A stretch of DNA of 63,828 bases, counting the filler, from Thraustochytrium aureum (lineage: Eukaryota), in the NCBI GenBank assembly GCA_012862495.1. It is 8 parts of 6 records of this genome, joined end to end, with 100 filler letters (N's around TTAATTAATTAA, not from the genome) between each part and the next. Parts side by side here need not be neighbours in the genome. Positions count along the whole stretch, not along the records: positions 43,932 to 54,595 come from BLSG01000425.1; positions 54,696 to 60,066 come from BLSG01000425.1; 6 more parts are not named here. One strand, written 5' to 3'. Of the stretch, positions 47,342-58,357 are shown one piece after another. The notes beneath the pieces were generated by a model. It was not told the origin of the DNA. It saw nothing but the letters and a program-made list of their open reading frames with translations, and made no database searches. A program made the translations under genes and the position numbers. Each line of letters starts with the position of its first letter. The stretch's first letter is position 1.

Positions 47342-50300
47342 TTAAAATTCCTTTTTCGTCAAAACCATTCGCTCCACCTCCTCTTTGGTCGTCCAGTACT
47401 TTTTCATCGTCTGCGACGACTTGCGCGATCGCGAGATAGACTCGAGCTCCGACAGGCGCTCGGTGTTGCGCGGCGAGGGCGCCGAAGAAGCGCTGGCGTA
47501 CATGCTGGCTATGTCGCGCACGGAATGGCTCTGGCCAGATTCGCTGGCGCCCGAGCCGGGCGACCGCAGCGAGGTCTCCTGCTTGTACAGTGTTCCCGAG
47601 GCAAACATCCGCGCCTTGTCTTTGACAGACAGCAGCTCGGGGCGATGCATAGTTGCCTCTTGCTCCTTGATCGCTTCTGCGGCGACCTTTTTCAGAATCT
47701 CGTCCGGGGAAAGCTCCTCGTCGCGTGGGCCATCTGCGTCGGACAACTTGTCTGCGGCTGGAGCGCCGTCGTCCTCGCCAGGTCCCGCTGGCAGCTCTCC
47801 AGTGTTGTTGGTGTCGGATGGCGATTCGTCCAACTTGCTCTCTTCCTCCAAGCCGGCCTCGCCAGCGCCTTGCGCAGCACTGGCGTCGATATCCACTTCC
47901 ATGGCGTTCTCGTCATGGGCGGCCTCTGGGTCGACAGCCTTCGCTTCACCGCTGGCGGCGCCCTGCTCTTCGGCAGCAGCCTCATCCGCGGCGCGCTTCG
48001 CCTCCTCGTCTTCATCACCGCCCTCAGCATGCTCGGCCACGTCCGTTTGTTCTGTGGTGGGTGGCAGGAGCTCGAGGTGCTCGCCCGCGTTGACCGCCTC
48101 GACGTCCACCGCAGCCTCCGGCGCCGGGCTCTGCACTGGCTGGTCAGCAGCAGGAGNNNNNNNNNNNNNNNNNNNNNNNNNNNNNNNNNNNNNNNNNNNN
48201 NNNNNNNNNNNNNNNNNNNNNNNNNNNNNNNNNNNNNNNNNNNNNNNNNNNNNNNNNNNNNNNNNNNNNNNNNNNNNNNNNNNNNNNNNNNNNNNNNNNN
48301 NNNNNNNNNNNNNNNNNNNNNNNNNNNNNNNNNNNNNNNNNNNNNNNNNNNNNNNNNNNNNNNNNNNNNNNNNNNNNNNNNNNNNNNNNNNNNNNNNNNN
48401 NNNNNNNNNNNNNNNNNNNNNNNNNNNNNNNNNNNNNNNNNNNNNNNNNNNNNNNNNNNNNNNNNNNNNNNNNNNNNNNNNNNNNNNNNNNNNNNNNNNN
48501 NNNNNNNNNNNNNNNNNNNNNNNNNNNNNNNNNNNNNNNNNNNNNNNNNNNNNNNNNNNNNNNNNNNNNNNNNNNNNNNNNNNNNNNNNNNNNNNNNNNN
48601 NNNNNNNNNNNNNNNNNNNNNNNNNNNNNNNNNNNNNNNNNNNNNNNNNNNNNNNNNNNNNNNNNNNNNNNNNNNNNNNNNNNNNNNNNNNNNNNNNNNN
48701 NNNNNNNNNNNNNNNNNNNNNNNNNNNNNNNNNNNNNNNNNNNNNNNNNNNNNNNNNNNNNNNNNNNNNNNNNNNNNNNNNNNNNNNNNNNNNNNNNNNN
48801 NNNNNNNNNNNNNNNNNNNNNNNNNNNNNNNNNNNNNNNNNNNNNNNNNNNNNNNNNNNNNNNNNNNNNNNNNNNNNNNNNNNNNNNNNNNNNNNNNNNN
48901 NNNNNNNNNNNNNNNNNNNNNNNNNNNNNNNNNNNNNNNNNNNNNNNNNNNNNNNNNNNNNNNNNNNNNNNNNNNNNNNNNNNNNNNNNNNNNNNNNNNN
49001 NNNNNNNNNNNNNNNNNNNNNNNNNNNNNNNNNNNNNNNNNNNNNNNNNNNNNNNNNNNNNNNNNNNNNNNNNNNNNNNNNNNNNNNNNNNNNNNNNNNN
49101 NNNNNNNNNNNNNNNNNNNNNNNNNNCGTTTCCTGTGAGCCAGGCCACCAGCACCGACCGCACGACGCCCTGCTGAACAAACGCGTCGGTCGCCTTGCGG
49201 TATGCAAAGGGTCGCCGCGGATCGCCGCGCCCATAAAACTCTAGTAAGAGCAAGGTATTGGCGAGCTGCTCGTCCGGAGGCGGCCCGACGCGCGGAGCCG
49301 CCTGGTCTAGCGACACGAGGCCGCCGTCGTGGCCCGCGAGCAGGGCACCAAGGCGCGCCCCCGCCTCTGGCACAACGTGCGAGTGCACTAAATCCCACAG
49401 GATCCCGCGCTGCTGAAGCGGCGCCTCGGCAACAGCCGCGTTAGAGGCGATCGACCCCAGCACGCCCACGAGCACCATGTTGCTCGCCAGCCCGGCGCTA
49501 GTCGCGCTGGCCCCGGCGTGGTGCGCGTGGCACAGCGACGCGAGGTCGACCAGCGCTGGCAGCGTGGCTTGAATCGAGTCGGGCTTGTCCGTGACGCGGT
49601 CCCGCAGCACAAACAAAAGCCTGGGCCAACTTGACCGCAGATTGTCGAGCCAGAGCGTCTCGGCGGCAACGGCGTCCGGGCCGCCAGGGCCGCCGAAAAA
49701 CGCGCCGTCCGCGCTCGCGCGCAGGATGCGCTGCACGAGGCGGAACAGCGTCGCGCTCACGTGCGCGGCCTCCCACTCCTCTGCGGCGAGGCCACCGAGG
49801 GACTCGTAGGACACCCCTCGCACGAGCTGCTCCAAGCGCTCGCGAAGCTTTGGGGCGTGGTCGGGCGAGGCGCCTGGCCCGCCAACGAGCCGCGCGCGCT
49901 CCGCCGGAGCGGTGCCGGGGTCCATGACGCGCTCCGGCACTCTGAGCAGCATGGCCACGTTCAGCCTCGCCAGCGCGGCGCCCAGCCGCTTGCCAACTTG
50001 GCCGCGTTCAAACAAGCAGTAGTGCACGCCTTCCAGCACCTTGGGCTTGACCCAAAACCACGCCGGCGTCTCTGCGCCTTCCTGGAGGGCCTTGACGAGA
50101 GCTCTTTCCAGCGCCTCGACCTCGTCTTCCGTCACGATCGGCATGTCAAACCCGAGCTCCTTGAACGCCCTTTGCGCCAGGCGGTCTTCGTCGTCGGCTC
50201 GACGACCTCGTTGCACCTGTTGTTGCCCACCGTCGTCGCCTAGTCCGGCGGAGAGATCCTCGCCGTTCATGTTGGCGCGCAAGAGTTGGACCATCATGTC

Positions 50301-50345
50301 GACAAACTCTTCGCGCGATGGCTCGCCATCGAGCGACTGCGCCAT
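47342..50345 (-). CDS. Large hypothetical protein with a helical N-terminal part and an acidic disordered C-terminus; about 970-nt internal gap
   Basis: MAQSLDGEPSREEFVDMMVQLL... is open up to the gap at 49126, and an acidic ORF resumes at 48156-47342. That these form one gene is inferred. Confidence 0.6.
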
Positions 50346-51363
50346 CGTGTCCCCGTTCGCTTTCGGCTGGCCGCCTTTCGTTGCTGCTCTGCCGTCGCGC
50401 CTCGGCTTCTGTCGCCCCTCTATTCTGCGAGCGCTCGAGTCCTCGATGCATGCCTGCCTGCCTGCCTGCCTGCCTGCCTGCCCGCGGCGCTTCGTGCGGC
50501 TTCGTGGGGCTTCGTGGTGGCGCCGGCAGGCAGCCCGGCTGGCTGTGGGCGCGTCCGAGGAATGCCTCGCACGTGACGTGCTCGGCTGCCGCCGCCTGCA
50601 GCTCCTCCTGGACGCGTTCCTTCTGTCCAAAGCGTTGGCCTCGTACAACTTGACTGGCGGTGGCATACATGAACGAAGCAAGGGCAGGGAGGAGCGGTTG
50701 CGAGGCGCTCGCGCCCAGCTCGCCCTCACGCTGTGCCGCCCGTGGGCCGTGGCCGCGCCTTCGCCACAATTCGATGGATGGTGCGCAATGGACTCGTCAC
50801 AACGAGCCGTCCAGCCAGCCCTTGACGGCCAATCGATTCACTGCACGTCGGCGCAGCACCGCTTCGTCGACGCCCTCGCGTCAGCTGCATCGAGTCGCGC
50901 AGCACTTGCCCAAACGTGCGCCAACCCGCCCAAAACAAATGATCTGGCCAGACGAATAGGTCGATTGACCGCACGCGAGCGCGAGACGATCAATCAACGA
51001 CAGATGATCTCGTACTCTATGCAGGAGAAATGCGCGCGCGCAGCGTCCAAGCCGCCGCACTCGCGCACTCGCGCGCACTCACTCGTGGCCCTCGAGCTCG
51101 CGTCCTCCGCGATTCGCAGCTCGCAATTCTTTGACGCAATTCCATCGCGTTGACAAGTCTTGAATCTGACTTGGAGGTGGCCGAGCATCGACTGCGGCAT
51201 CGGCAGAGCGGCAGACACCGAACGCGAGCGAGCCAGCACAGGGACAGGCTTCGCTTGATCGAGCAAAGCGTGCTGAAGGTCGTGGCCAACCACTCTGCTC
51301 CGTCAGGCCTCGGGCAGCACCGACAACCCAACAACTACTGCGACGACGACGACGACGACAAGG

Positions 51364-52266
51364 ATGATAATGATGGCAGCGAACAACGACGGCGCCAAAG
51401 TTGACGATGCTGGCGCAGATGCCGAGCAGGCCGCCAAGGGGGCGGAAGGTGCGGCGGCGGATGCAGCGCCATCGGCCGCGCAGCAGCCGGCTTCGGTGTG
51501 GCTCACGGAGGAGCAAAGCCAGTGGGTCAAGAATGTGCGCGAGGCGTGCCGCCAGGCTGGCGCAGTGCCCAGGAGCGACTTTGAGCTGTACCGCGTCGCG
51601 CTGGTGTGCGAAGGCAGCACGAAAGATGCCGTGGAGCGCGTGCAGGGCATGCGCAAGTGCGAGGCCAAGTTTGATCTGGGCAGCGTCGACCCAATCGAGG
51701 CGTTCGACGCGATGCAGCGGATAATGCCTGGCGCAATGTGCGGCTATTCTGGCCTGGACAAGGAGCGCCGGCTTGTGTACTTTTGCGACGCGTCGGCGTT
51801 TCGCCCTAGCAAAATGCTAAAGGACGCCGAGTCTGAGCGGATGTTCATGCGGGCGTTTTGCGACATGCTCAACTTGTCCGCGACTTCGGTTGAAGAGTTT
51901 GACCGCGGGTTTGTCTTTGTGCAAAACTGCAAGGGCATGTCGCTGCGCAACTTTTCTCTCAAGCTCGAAAAGGAGCTCAGCTGGATGTACACGAGCGGGT
52001 TTCCGGTCAAGTTGAAGAAGATGGTCGTCTACAATGCTGGGCCCGTTGTCCGAACAATCGTCAAAATGTGCAAGGTCTTCCTCTCCAAGAAGATCCAAGA
52101 GCGGATCGAAATCATTTCCGGCGACGAGGCGCTCTTCGGCCTCGTAGACGCGCAGCACCTTCCTGCCACAGGCTCGCACGGCTCCGTGACAGACGCGCAA
52201 ATGCGCGCGGCCTACGTCGACCGCGTCCAGCGCTTTGCAGCCTTCGAGAAGAGCTTCAAGCTCTGA
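51364..52266 (+). CDS. CRAL-TRIO lipid-binding protein (alpha-TTP/clavesin-like)
   Basis: GFVFVQNCKGMSLRNF...GFPVKLKKMVVYNAG...FLSKKIQERI...LPA. Confidence 0.85.
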   Translation: MIMMAANNDGAKVDDAGADAEQAAKGAEGAAADAAPSAAQQPASVWLTEEQSQWVKNVREACRQAGAVPRSDFELYRVALVCEGSTKDAVERVQGMRKCEAKFDLGSVDPIEAFDAMQRIMPGAMCGYSGLDKERRLVYFCDASAFRPSKMLKDAESERMFMRAFCDMLNLSATSVEEFDRGFVFVQNCKGMSLRNFSLKLEKELSWMYTSGFPVKLKKMVVYNAGPVVRTIVKMCKVFLSKKIQERIEIISGDEALFGLVDAQHLPATGSHGSVTDAQMRAAYVDRVQRFAAFEKSFKL

Positions 52267-52356
52267 GCCCGGCGGCGGCCGCAGCAGCCCGTCTTTGTGC
52301 GTCTGGCGAGCCCCACTCGGCCCTCTGCGAACAAAACCCAAACAGAAACGCTTGCA

Positions 52357-54595
52357 ATGAGCAACTTGTCGATGCTTCGCGTCTCCTCTCCTTCTTCTTC
52401 TTCTTGCTTGCCGGCCAGCACGAACTGGCGCGGGACGAGTCGCGCGACCTCGCCGACCCCCGGGGCGTCCAGCCTGCTTGGCGTCGTCCGAGGCATCGAT
52501 CGACTCGGGGGGCGCCATTGGCTGCCTGCGAGTTGTGCATGTGCAAACGGTGGTTTTGGCGGTAAACGGCTATATCCCGTTCGCGTCCCCGAGTCCGCGG
52601 CAGCGCGCAGCCGACCAGGCACGTCCCTTGGCAAGCTTTCTCTAGCCAGAGAGAGCCCAGAGCCAGACGGCCGTCGGCAATCGGGCTGCATCCTGCGCGG
52701 CCCGCGGATCGTCCTGCCGTGGCAGCAGCAGCAGAGCAGCAGCTTCGCCTTTGCCTTTGCGAAGGCGCCCTCCGACACCGCCCGAGCACTCTGGAGCGCT
52801 ACCTCTCTAGCTACAGCTAGAGCGAGCAACTCGGTCTCCGCAGCGAGCCGCAGCGCCTTTAGACGAGGCCCCGAGTCCCAAGCGCGCTCAGTTGCGCTGG
52901 CCAGGCCTCGCATCGCACTGCGTCAACTGCATGGCATCATCGTCGAGGGGCTGGAAGGGCGCGGCGCTCTCCGCCCCGCCACACAGCAAGGCAAAAGGCC
53001 GCAGACGAGGCGAAAGGCAGACCGAAGATGAAGACGAGTTCGGCGAGCAGGCCGTGTACAAAGGCGGCGCGCGCATGCTTGTATCGGACGCCAAGTCCAA
53101 GGCCACAAAACAGGCTTTTTGCCGCTCGAGGTCCACCTCTCGCGGGACGGCCTACTTTCGAGCGCCGAGCGCACCGCAAGGCGCATGCTCGTCAAGGGAC
53201 AGGAGCCAAACTCAAAGTCGCGGAGCTCGGTAATCGTGGGGCTCCGCCAACTGAACGTTGCGCGATCCGCGCTCGACGAGACCGACAAGGNNNNNNNNNN
53301 NNNNNNNNNNNNNNNNNNNNNNNNNNNNNNNNNNNNNNNNNNNNNNNNNNNNNNNNNNNNNNNNNNNNNNNNNNNNNNNNNNNNNNNNNNNNNNNNNNNN
53401 NNNNNNNNNNNNNNNNNNNNNNNNNNNNNNNNNNNNNNNNNNNNNNNNNNNNNNNNNNNNNNNNNNNNNNNNNNNNNNNNNNCTGCGTGCAAGCCGTAGA
53501 GACCTGGCTGGCCAGTGGTGAACCAAAGCCAGACGGAGCGACGCTTTCAAAAGCGCTCGGGTTTGTGCTCTTCGCTTCGACGTCGACGCAGGGCACCTTC
53601 AAGCTCCATTGCGACCCCAAGGCGAGCGAGCGGCTCGCAAAGGAAGCCCGCATCGCCGAGCAGCGCCGGCGAGCCTCGGCAGAGCCCAAGGACATCAAAA
53701 TCGTGAGCGCAGATCGCGCCCCCAAGCTGGAGGCCGCAGAAGAGAGCCAGTCGGACGAGGAGGACGACGCGCAGAGCGCATACTCAAACCAACGCAAGAT
53801 CCGCAGCGAAAACCGACGGCTCGCTCGGGCGCGCGCCAAGCCGCGACAAGTTGCCGTGGCAGAGCTCGCCGTGCAAGCCTCGCATGCCGAGCTGCGCCAG
53901 GTCAAGACAAAACTCCACGAAAGCGACGTCGTGGCCCGCGCGTACGAGTCGCAGGCGTGGCGGAGCATGCGCACCGTGCTGGTCGAAAAGAAACGCGACC
54001 GCAGGGCTCATCGCGAGTACAAGGGCGCCATAAACGAGGCCCTCGAGGCGATGGACCTCACGCAAAAGCTGGACAACAAAGCCAAACGAGAGCGCGTGCA
54101 GCACCTCAAGGACCTCGCGCGAATGAAATGGTCCCTATTTCCGTTTCGCAACGGCGGCAAGTGGCAAAAGGGCGCCGTGATCGGCCCGGGCCCGACGCCC
54201 ATACGCGCGCTCGCGCTGCTCAAGGGGCACGAGTCGACCGACCCGTCCGGCCGGTGCCCGGCTGCGGCACCGCCGGGCGGAAGCGCCCCGCACAACGAAT
54301 CTGCGCTGAGGCGGCGCCCGGTTCGACCCGGAGCGCCAATCACGGCAAGCTGGAGCAGTCGCAGCGGGCGAGGCTTTTGTGCGCGTTCGACGTGCTTCGC
54401 GATCTGGCCAAGACAAACGACGAGTACTATCTCGACTTTGACGCGGCCTTTGCTCGCATTGACCGCAAGGCGCGCGGGTTTGCCAAGCGGCGCGACCTGG
54501 AGCTCATCCTTGGCGGCCTCTACCTCTCCGAAGCGGACATGGACTTGCTGTGGGCCCACTTTGACCGCGACAGCCGGCAGTTCTTCGACAAGGAC
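52357..54595 (+). CDS. Fragmented hypothetical protein with coiled coil and C-terminal EF-hand-like motifs; 3'-truncated
   Basis: Successive ORF pieces in different frames end in FARIDRKARGFAKRRDLELILGGLYLSEADMDLLWAHFDRDSRQFFDKD. Confidence 0.5.
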
Positions 54596-54695
54596 NNNNN
54601 NNNNNNNNNNNNNNNNNNNNNNNNNNNNNNNNNNNNNNNTTAATTAATTAANNNNNNNNNNNNNNNNNNNNNNNNNNNNNNNNNNNNNNNNNNNN

Positions 54696-54757
54696 GACGA
54701 CGCGTCCTTGCCGGCGCCGTCCTTCACGGCAGCCTTCTTCTTCGTCTTGGCGCCCAT
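54696..54757 (-). CDS. 5' fragment of a Lys-rich protein (MGAKTKKKAAVKDGAGKDAS), truncated by the scaffold end
   Basis: ATG at 54757 with host-like codon usage, divergent from MTHFR. Confidence 0.4.
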
Positions 54758-54822
54758 CGCGTCGCCGCCGACACGCGACCCCCTCGAGGACTAGCGAGGA
54801 CGACGGCCGTTTGCGTTTGAGG

Positions 54823-54956
54823 CCTCGAGCCGCAAGAGCGTTGACCGCGAGGCCTTGCACTGCTCGACCTCGAGCCGCAAGAGCGTTGACCGCGAGGCCT
54901 TGCACTGCTCGACCTTGAGCCACAATAGCGTCGAGGCCTTGCGCTGCTCGACCTTG
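54823..54956. repeat. About 45-bp tandem repeat (2 near-exact copies plus 1 degenerate)
   Basis: CCTCGAGCCGCAAGAGCGTTGACCGCGAGGCCTTGCACTGCTCGA is repeated. Confidence 0.85.
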
Positions 54957-55849
54957 GACGACGACGACGAGAACGCGGATTCCTGCACCAGAATGCAGAT
55001 CAACGACACCCGACCGAACGCAGCGCAGCCACCGCCGCGAACCAGGAAACAAAGTGCCGCCGCCGCCGAGCCGCTCGCGAGCTCCCTCCCTCCGTAGGCC
55101 GCCTCCTGCCTGCGCTGCCTCCGCCGGAGCTCGCCAGTCGATCGCGTTCTGCCGCAGCGCGTCTCGGCTGGCGCCCAACCAACCAAAGCGCACACCGCGT
55201 TCCTCTCTAATCTCCACCCGCCGCCCCGCGCGCGCGTCACCTGTCCCCTCGGTCACGTCACGTAGTCGTCCCCGTCACCTGCCGCATCTTATCTTCCGCC
55301 GCCCGCCTCGCGCCGCACAGCCACCTTGTCGCGCGTCTACCGCCCCACGTCCGCTGCTCTTCGCGCCTGCTTGCTTTAAAAGGCACACGTAGTGCGTCAG
55401 GAGGAGGGGAATGGTGACGAGCGCGCGAACGCCGTGGTCCACGCGGCGTGCTTCACGGGTGGTGCGGAGGACACGCGCAACGGCGTAGCGCGAGTCGCAG
55501 TGAGGCGCTCGTGGCAAGCAGACACCCATCGAGCAGCAGCAGCAGCAGCAGCAGCAGGAGGAGGAGGCGCCGAGGACAGCGTAGCGCGGGCGTTCATCTG
55601 CAGGAAGGCGTGCGCGCAGGCAACCAGGTACGTTGGGCGGTTTCTTGGCGCTTTGGCCGGGCCTGGCTGGATTCGCGAGAAAAAATCGCGCAAATCGCGC
55701 AATTTCGACACGATGGACGGATGGACCGCGCGCGCGGAGACGCGTGCTCGCGGGCGCGGCGCGGCGCGGATCGCGGATGGGAGCGCGGGACGGAGGATGG
55801 GCTGGGCGGGTGGCTGACTGGAGACGGGTGAAGGGAAGGGAGAGGCAAG

Positions 55850-56962
55850 ATGGCGGCGGAAGCGGCTGCTGCGACGGCGCCTGTGCCTCCGACGCCAAAG
55901 CTGACCGAGCTGCTCAAGGCCAAGGGCGATGAGCCCTGGGTGGCGCTCGAGTTTTTTCCGCCCAAGACGGAAACCGGGGTGGCCAACCTGTACAAGCGGC
56001 TTGGGCGCATGGCGCTGCAAAAGCCTCTGTACATCGACTTTACGTGGGGCGCGGGCGGCAGCACGTCGGACCTGACGCTCGAGCTGACCGAGCAGTCGCA
56101 GCAGCGCTTCGGCCTGGTCGCCAACATGCACCTCACGTACGTTTTTCGATTGCTTTCGCGCGCTCGTGCATGTATCCGTCGGTGGCGCTGACGCGATCGA
56201 CTCGGCCAACCGCCAGGTGCACCAACATGCCCCGGAGCAAGCTGGACCACGCCCCTGGAGCGGTCCCAGCCAGGTGGGTATCCGCAACATCCTTGCCCTG
56301 CGCGGCGACCCTCCCGCGGGCCAAACGAGTTTCAGAAGATCGATACAGGGTTCTCCTGCTCGCTAGACCTGATCAAGCACATCCGCAAAGTCTCGGGCGA
56401 CTTTTTCTGCGTGAGCGCAGCCTGCTACCCGGAAGGCCACCCGGACCGCATCAAAAAGGTGCTGGCGGGGCAGTCCCTGACACCCTCGGAGCTGGCCCGC
56501 GCCGTGACCCTCGACGACGGCTCCGTGGCAGTCTGCAGCGACATCGAGTTCCAAGAGGAGCTGGACTACCTCAAGGCCAAGGTGGAGGCAGGGGCCGACA
56601 TCCTGGTCACGCAGATGTTTTACGACGCCGACCTCTTCCTCAACTTTGTCAAGGTCTGCCGCGAGAACGGGATCAACGTCCCGATCGTGCCCGGCATCAT
56701 GTGCATGACCTCGTACAGCGGGTACAAGCGCATGCGCGGGTTTTGCAAGACGCGCGTCACTAAGGAGATGTCTGACGCGCTTGACGCGCTCAAGGACGAC
56801 CCGGCGGGCTTTGAGGCGTTTGCGGTGCAGTGGGGCATCGACACGTGCAAGAAGCTGATGGCGCACGGCATCAACGGGCTGCACTTTTACACGCTCAACC
56901 TGGACAAGGTGGTCCTGCAGATCCTCGCGGGGCTCGGCCTGGCCCAGCTGGTCGAGGAGTGA
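55850..56962 (+). CDS. MTHFR: Methylenetetrahydrofolate reductase, catalytic domain only; intron 56137-56216 and several indels at 56250-56410
   Basis: EFFPPKT, FTWGAGGS, HLT|CTN across an 80-nt GTACGT...GCTGAC...CAG intron, NILALRGDPP, YPEGHP, KVEAGAD..TQMFYD, PIVPGIM and GLHFYTLN. Confidence 0.93.
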
Positions 56963-57199
56963 GCTGGCACTGCGGCTTGGTGGGCAGGGCGCTCGGCGAG
57001 CTGCAGCCGCTAGAGCCATACAAGGGGCCGCGGTGTGCGCAGGCGTGTCCCGAAGACGTTTTTATTTACGGGGCATGCTGCAGGGTAAGTCAATGCGGGG
57101 ACAAGCGAAGCTCTAAAGCGAATCGCTGTCTCTCTCTCTCTCTCTCTCTCTTTCTGCCTGCTGCCTGCTCGTCAGCTGCCGTGCCAGGGCCCGACGCGT

Positions 57200-58357
57200 T
57201 CAGATCTTGTCGTCCAGGATGTCTTGCCGCAAAGATGCCATGTTGGCGTTCATCGTGTAAAGGTTGTGCGCCGTCAAGAGACCGTCCAGAGTTGGCTCGT
57301 TCGCCTTGAAGAGGTGGTGCAGGTACGCACGCGAGTATCGCTGGCACGTGTAGCACTCGCATCCTTCAATGAGGGGAGCCTTGTCTTCTTTCAACGCCGC
57401 GAGCTTGAGGCGTATGTGCGTCTTCCCGCGCCCCATGAGCGCATGTCCGTGGCGCGCCAGTCGCGTCGGATAGGACGAGTCGAACGTGTCTGCGCCGAGC
57501 GGAATGGCCCGCTCGATCGACTCCATGTCCCCGATGCCCAGAGCATGGTTCGGAGTGTGTCCCGGCAACAGAGGGATTACGAAAGCAAGCACGTTTAAGA
57601 GGTCCTCGCGGGATTTCCCAAGCGAGCCCCCGATCGCGTGCCCATCGAACGGTAAGGCCGACAGCGTGTCCACGCTGAGCTTGCGCAACCTTTTGCTCAG
57701 GCCGCCGTGGATTACAGAGTACATGGCCTGCCCAGCAGGGTTTTTCAAGTGCTCGTCTAGGCTGCGTTTTTCCCACCGGTGCGAGCGGTGCACAGCGGCC
57801 TCGACCTCTGCAGCAGTTGCCGTGTATGGTAGCAACTCGTCGAGCGGCACGATGATGTCGGCGCCAAGCTGCTTTTGAGCCCGCACAGAAGTCTCTGGCG
57901 TGAGCTCAAACTTGGTCCCGTCGCGGTACGAGCGAAACGTGACGCCCTCCTCTGCGACCTTGAGGAGGAGGTTGTCGCGTTTGCGGTTCCCAGCGCCCTT
58001 CAACCCGACGTCGCGCTCCAGGTCGAGCGACCCGGCCAGCATCGACAAGATCTGAAACCCTCCGCTGTCTGTGATCAACGGGCCGCGCCGCCGCATGAAC
58101 TCGTGCAGCCCGCCGAGCCTCTGAATCAAGTCTGCGCCTGGCTGGAGCATGAGGTGATAGGTGTTGCAAAACATCAGCTGGCACCCCATCTCGTCCGCGA
58201 GTGAGGTATCCACGCACTTGGGGCTCGCGTTCGTCGCCACGGGCACAAACCCGGGTGTCTCCACGATCCCATGCGCAGTGTGAATCACGCCGACCCTGGC
58301 CCTCGACTTGGTCGACTGCTTGAGCACCTCAAACCGAAAGGCGCTCTTCGCGGCCAT
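57200..58357 (-). CDS. tgt: Queuine tRNA-ribosyltransferase (TGT), Chlamydia-type
   Basis: ARVG..TAHG..TPGFVPVATN, FCNTYHL, TDSGGFQ, RSYRDG, LGADII.PLDELLP, VIHGG, AIGGSLG, LGIGD, FDSSYPT, the Zn site CECYTC...H and terminal ILDDKI. Confidence 0.95.
   Translation of the reverse strand: MAAKSAFRFEVLKQSTKSRARVGVIHTAHGIVETPGFVPVATNASPKCVDTSLADEMGCQLMFCNTYHLMLQPGADLIQRLGGLHEFMRRRGPLITDSGGFQILSMLAGSLDLERDVGLKGAGNRKRDNLLLKVAEEGVTFRSYRDGTKFELTPETSVRAQKQLGADIIVPLDELLPYTATAAEVEAAVHRSHRWEKRSLDEHLKNPAGQAMYSVIHGGLSKRLRKLSVDTLSALPFDGHAIGGSLGKSREDLLNVLAFVIPLLPGHTPNHALGIGDMESIERAIPLGADTFDSSYPTRLARHGHALMGRGKTHIRLKLAALKEDKAPLIEGCECYTCQRYSRAYLHHLFKANEPTLDGLLTAHNLYTMNANMASLRQDILDDKI

Noticed and set aside
17613..56962. 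Calling the frameshifted genes pseudogenes
   Set aside because: Family motifs are intact and there are no in-frame nonsense changes once the indels are corrected. Sequencing error is the simpler explanation.
55850..58357. MTHFR + TGT as a folate/queuosine operon
   Set aside because: The genes are convergent and eukaryotic, and direct queuine insertion needs no folate step. The adjacency is probably coincidental.
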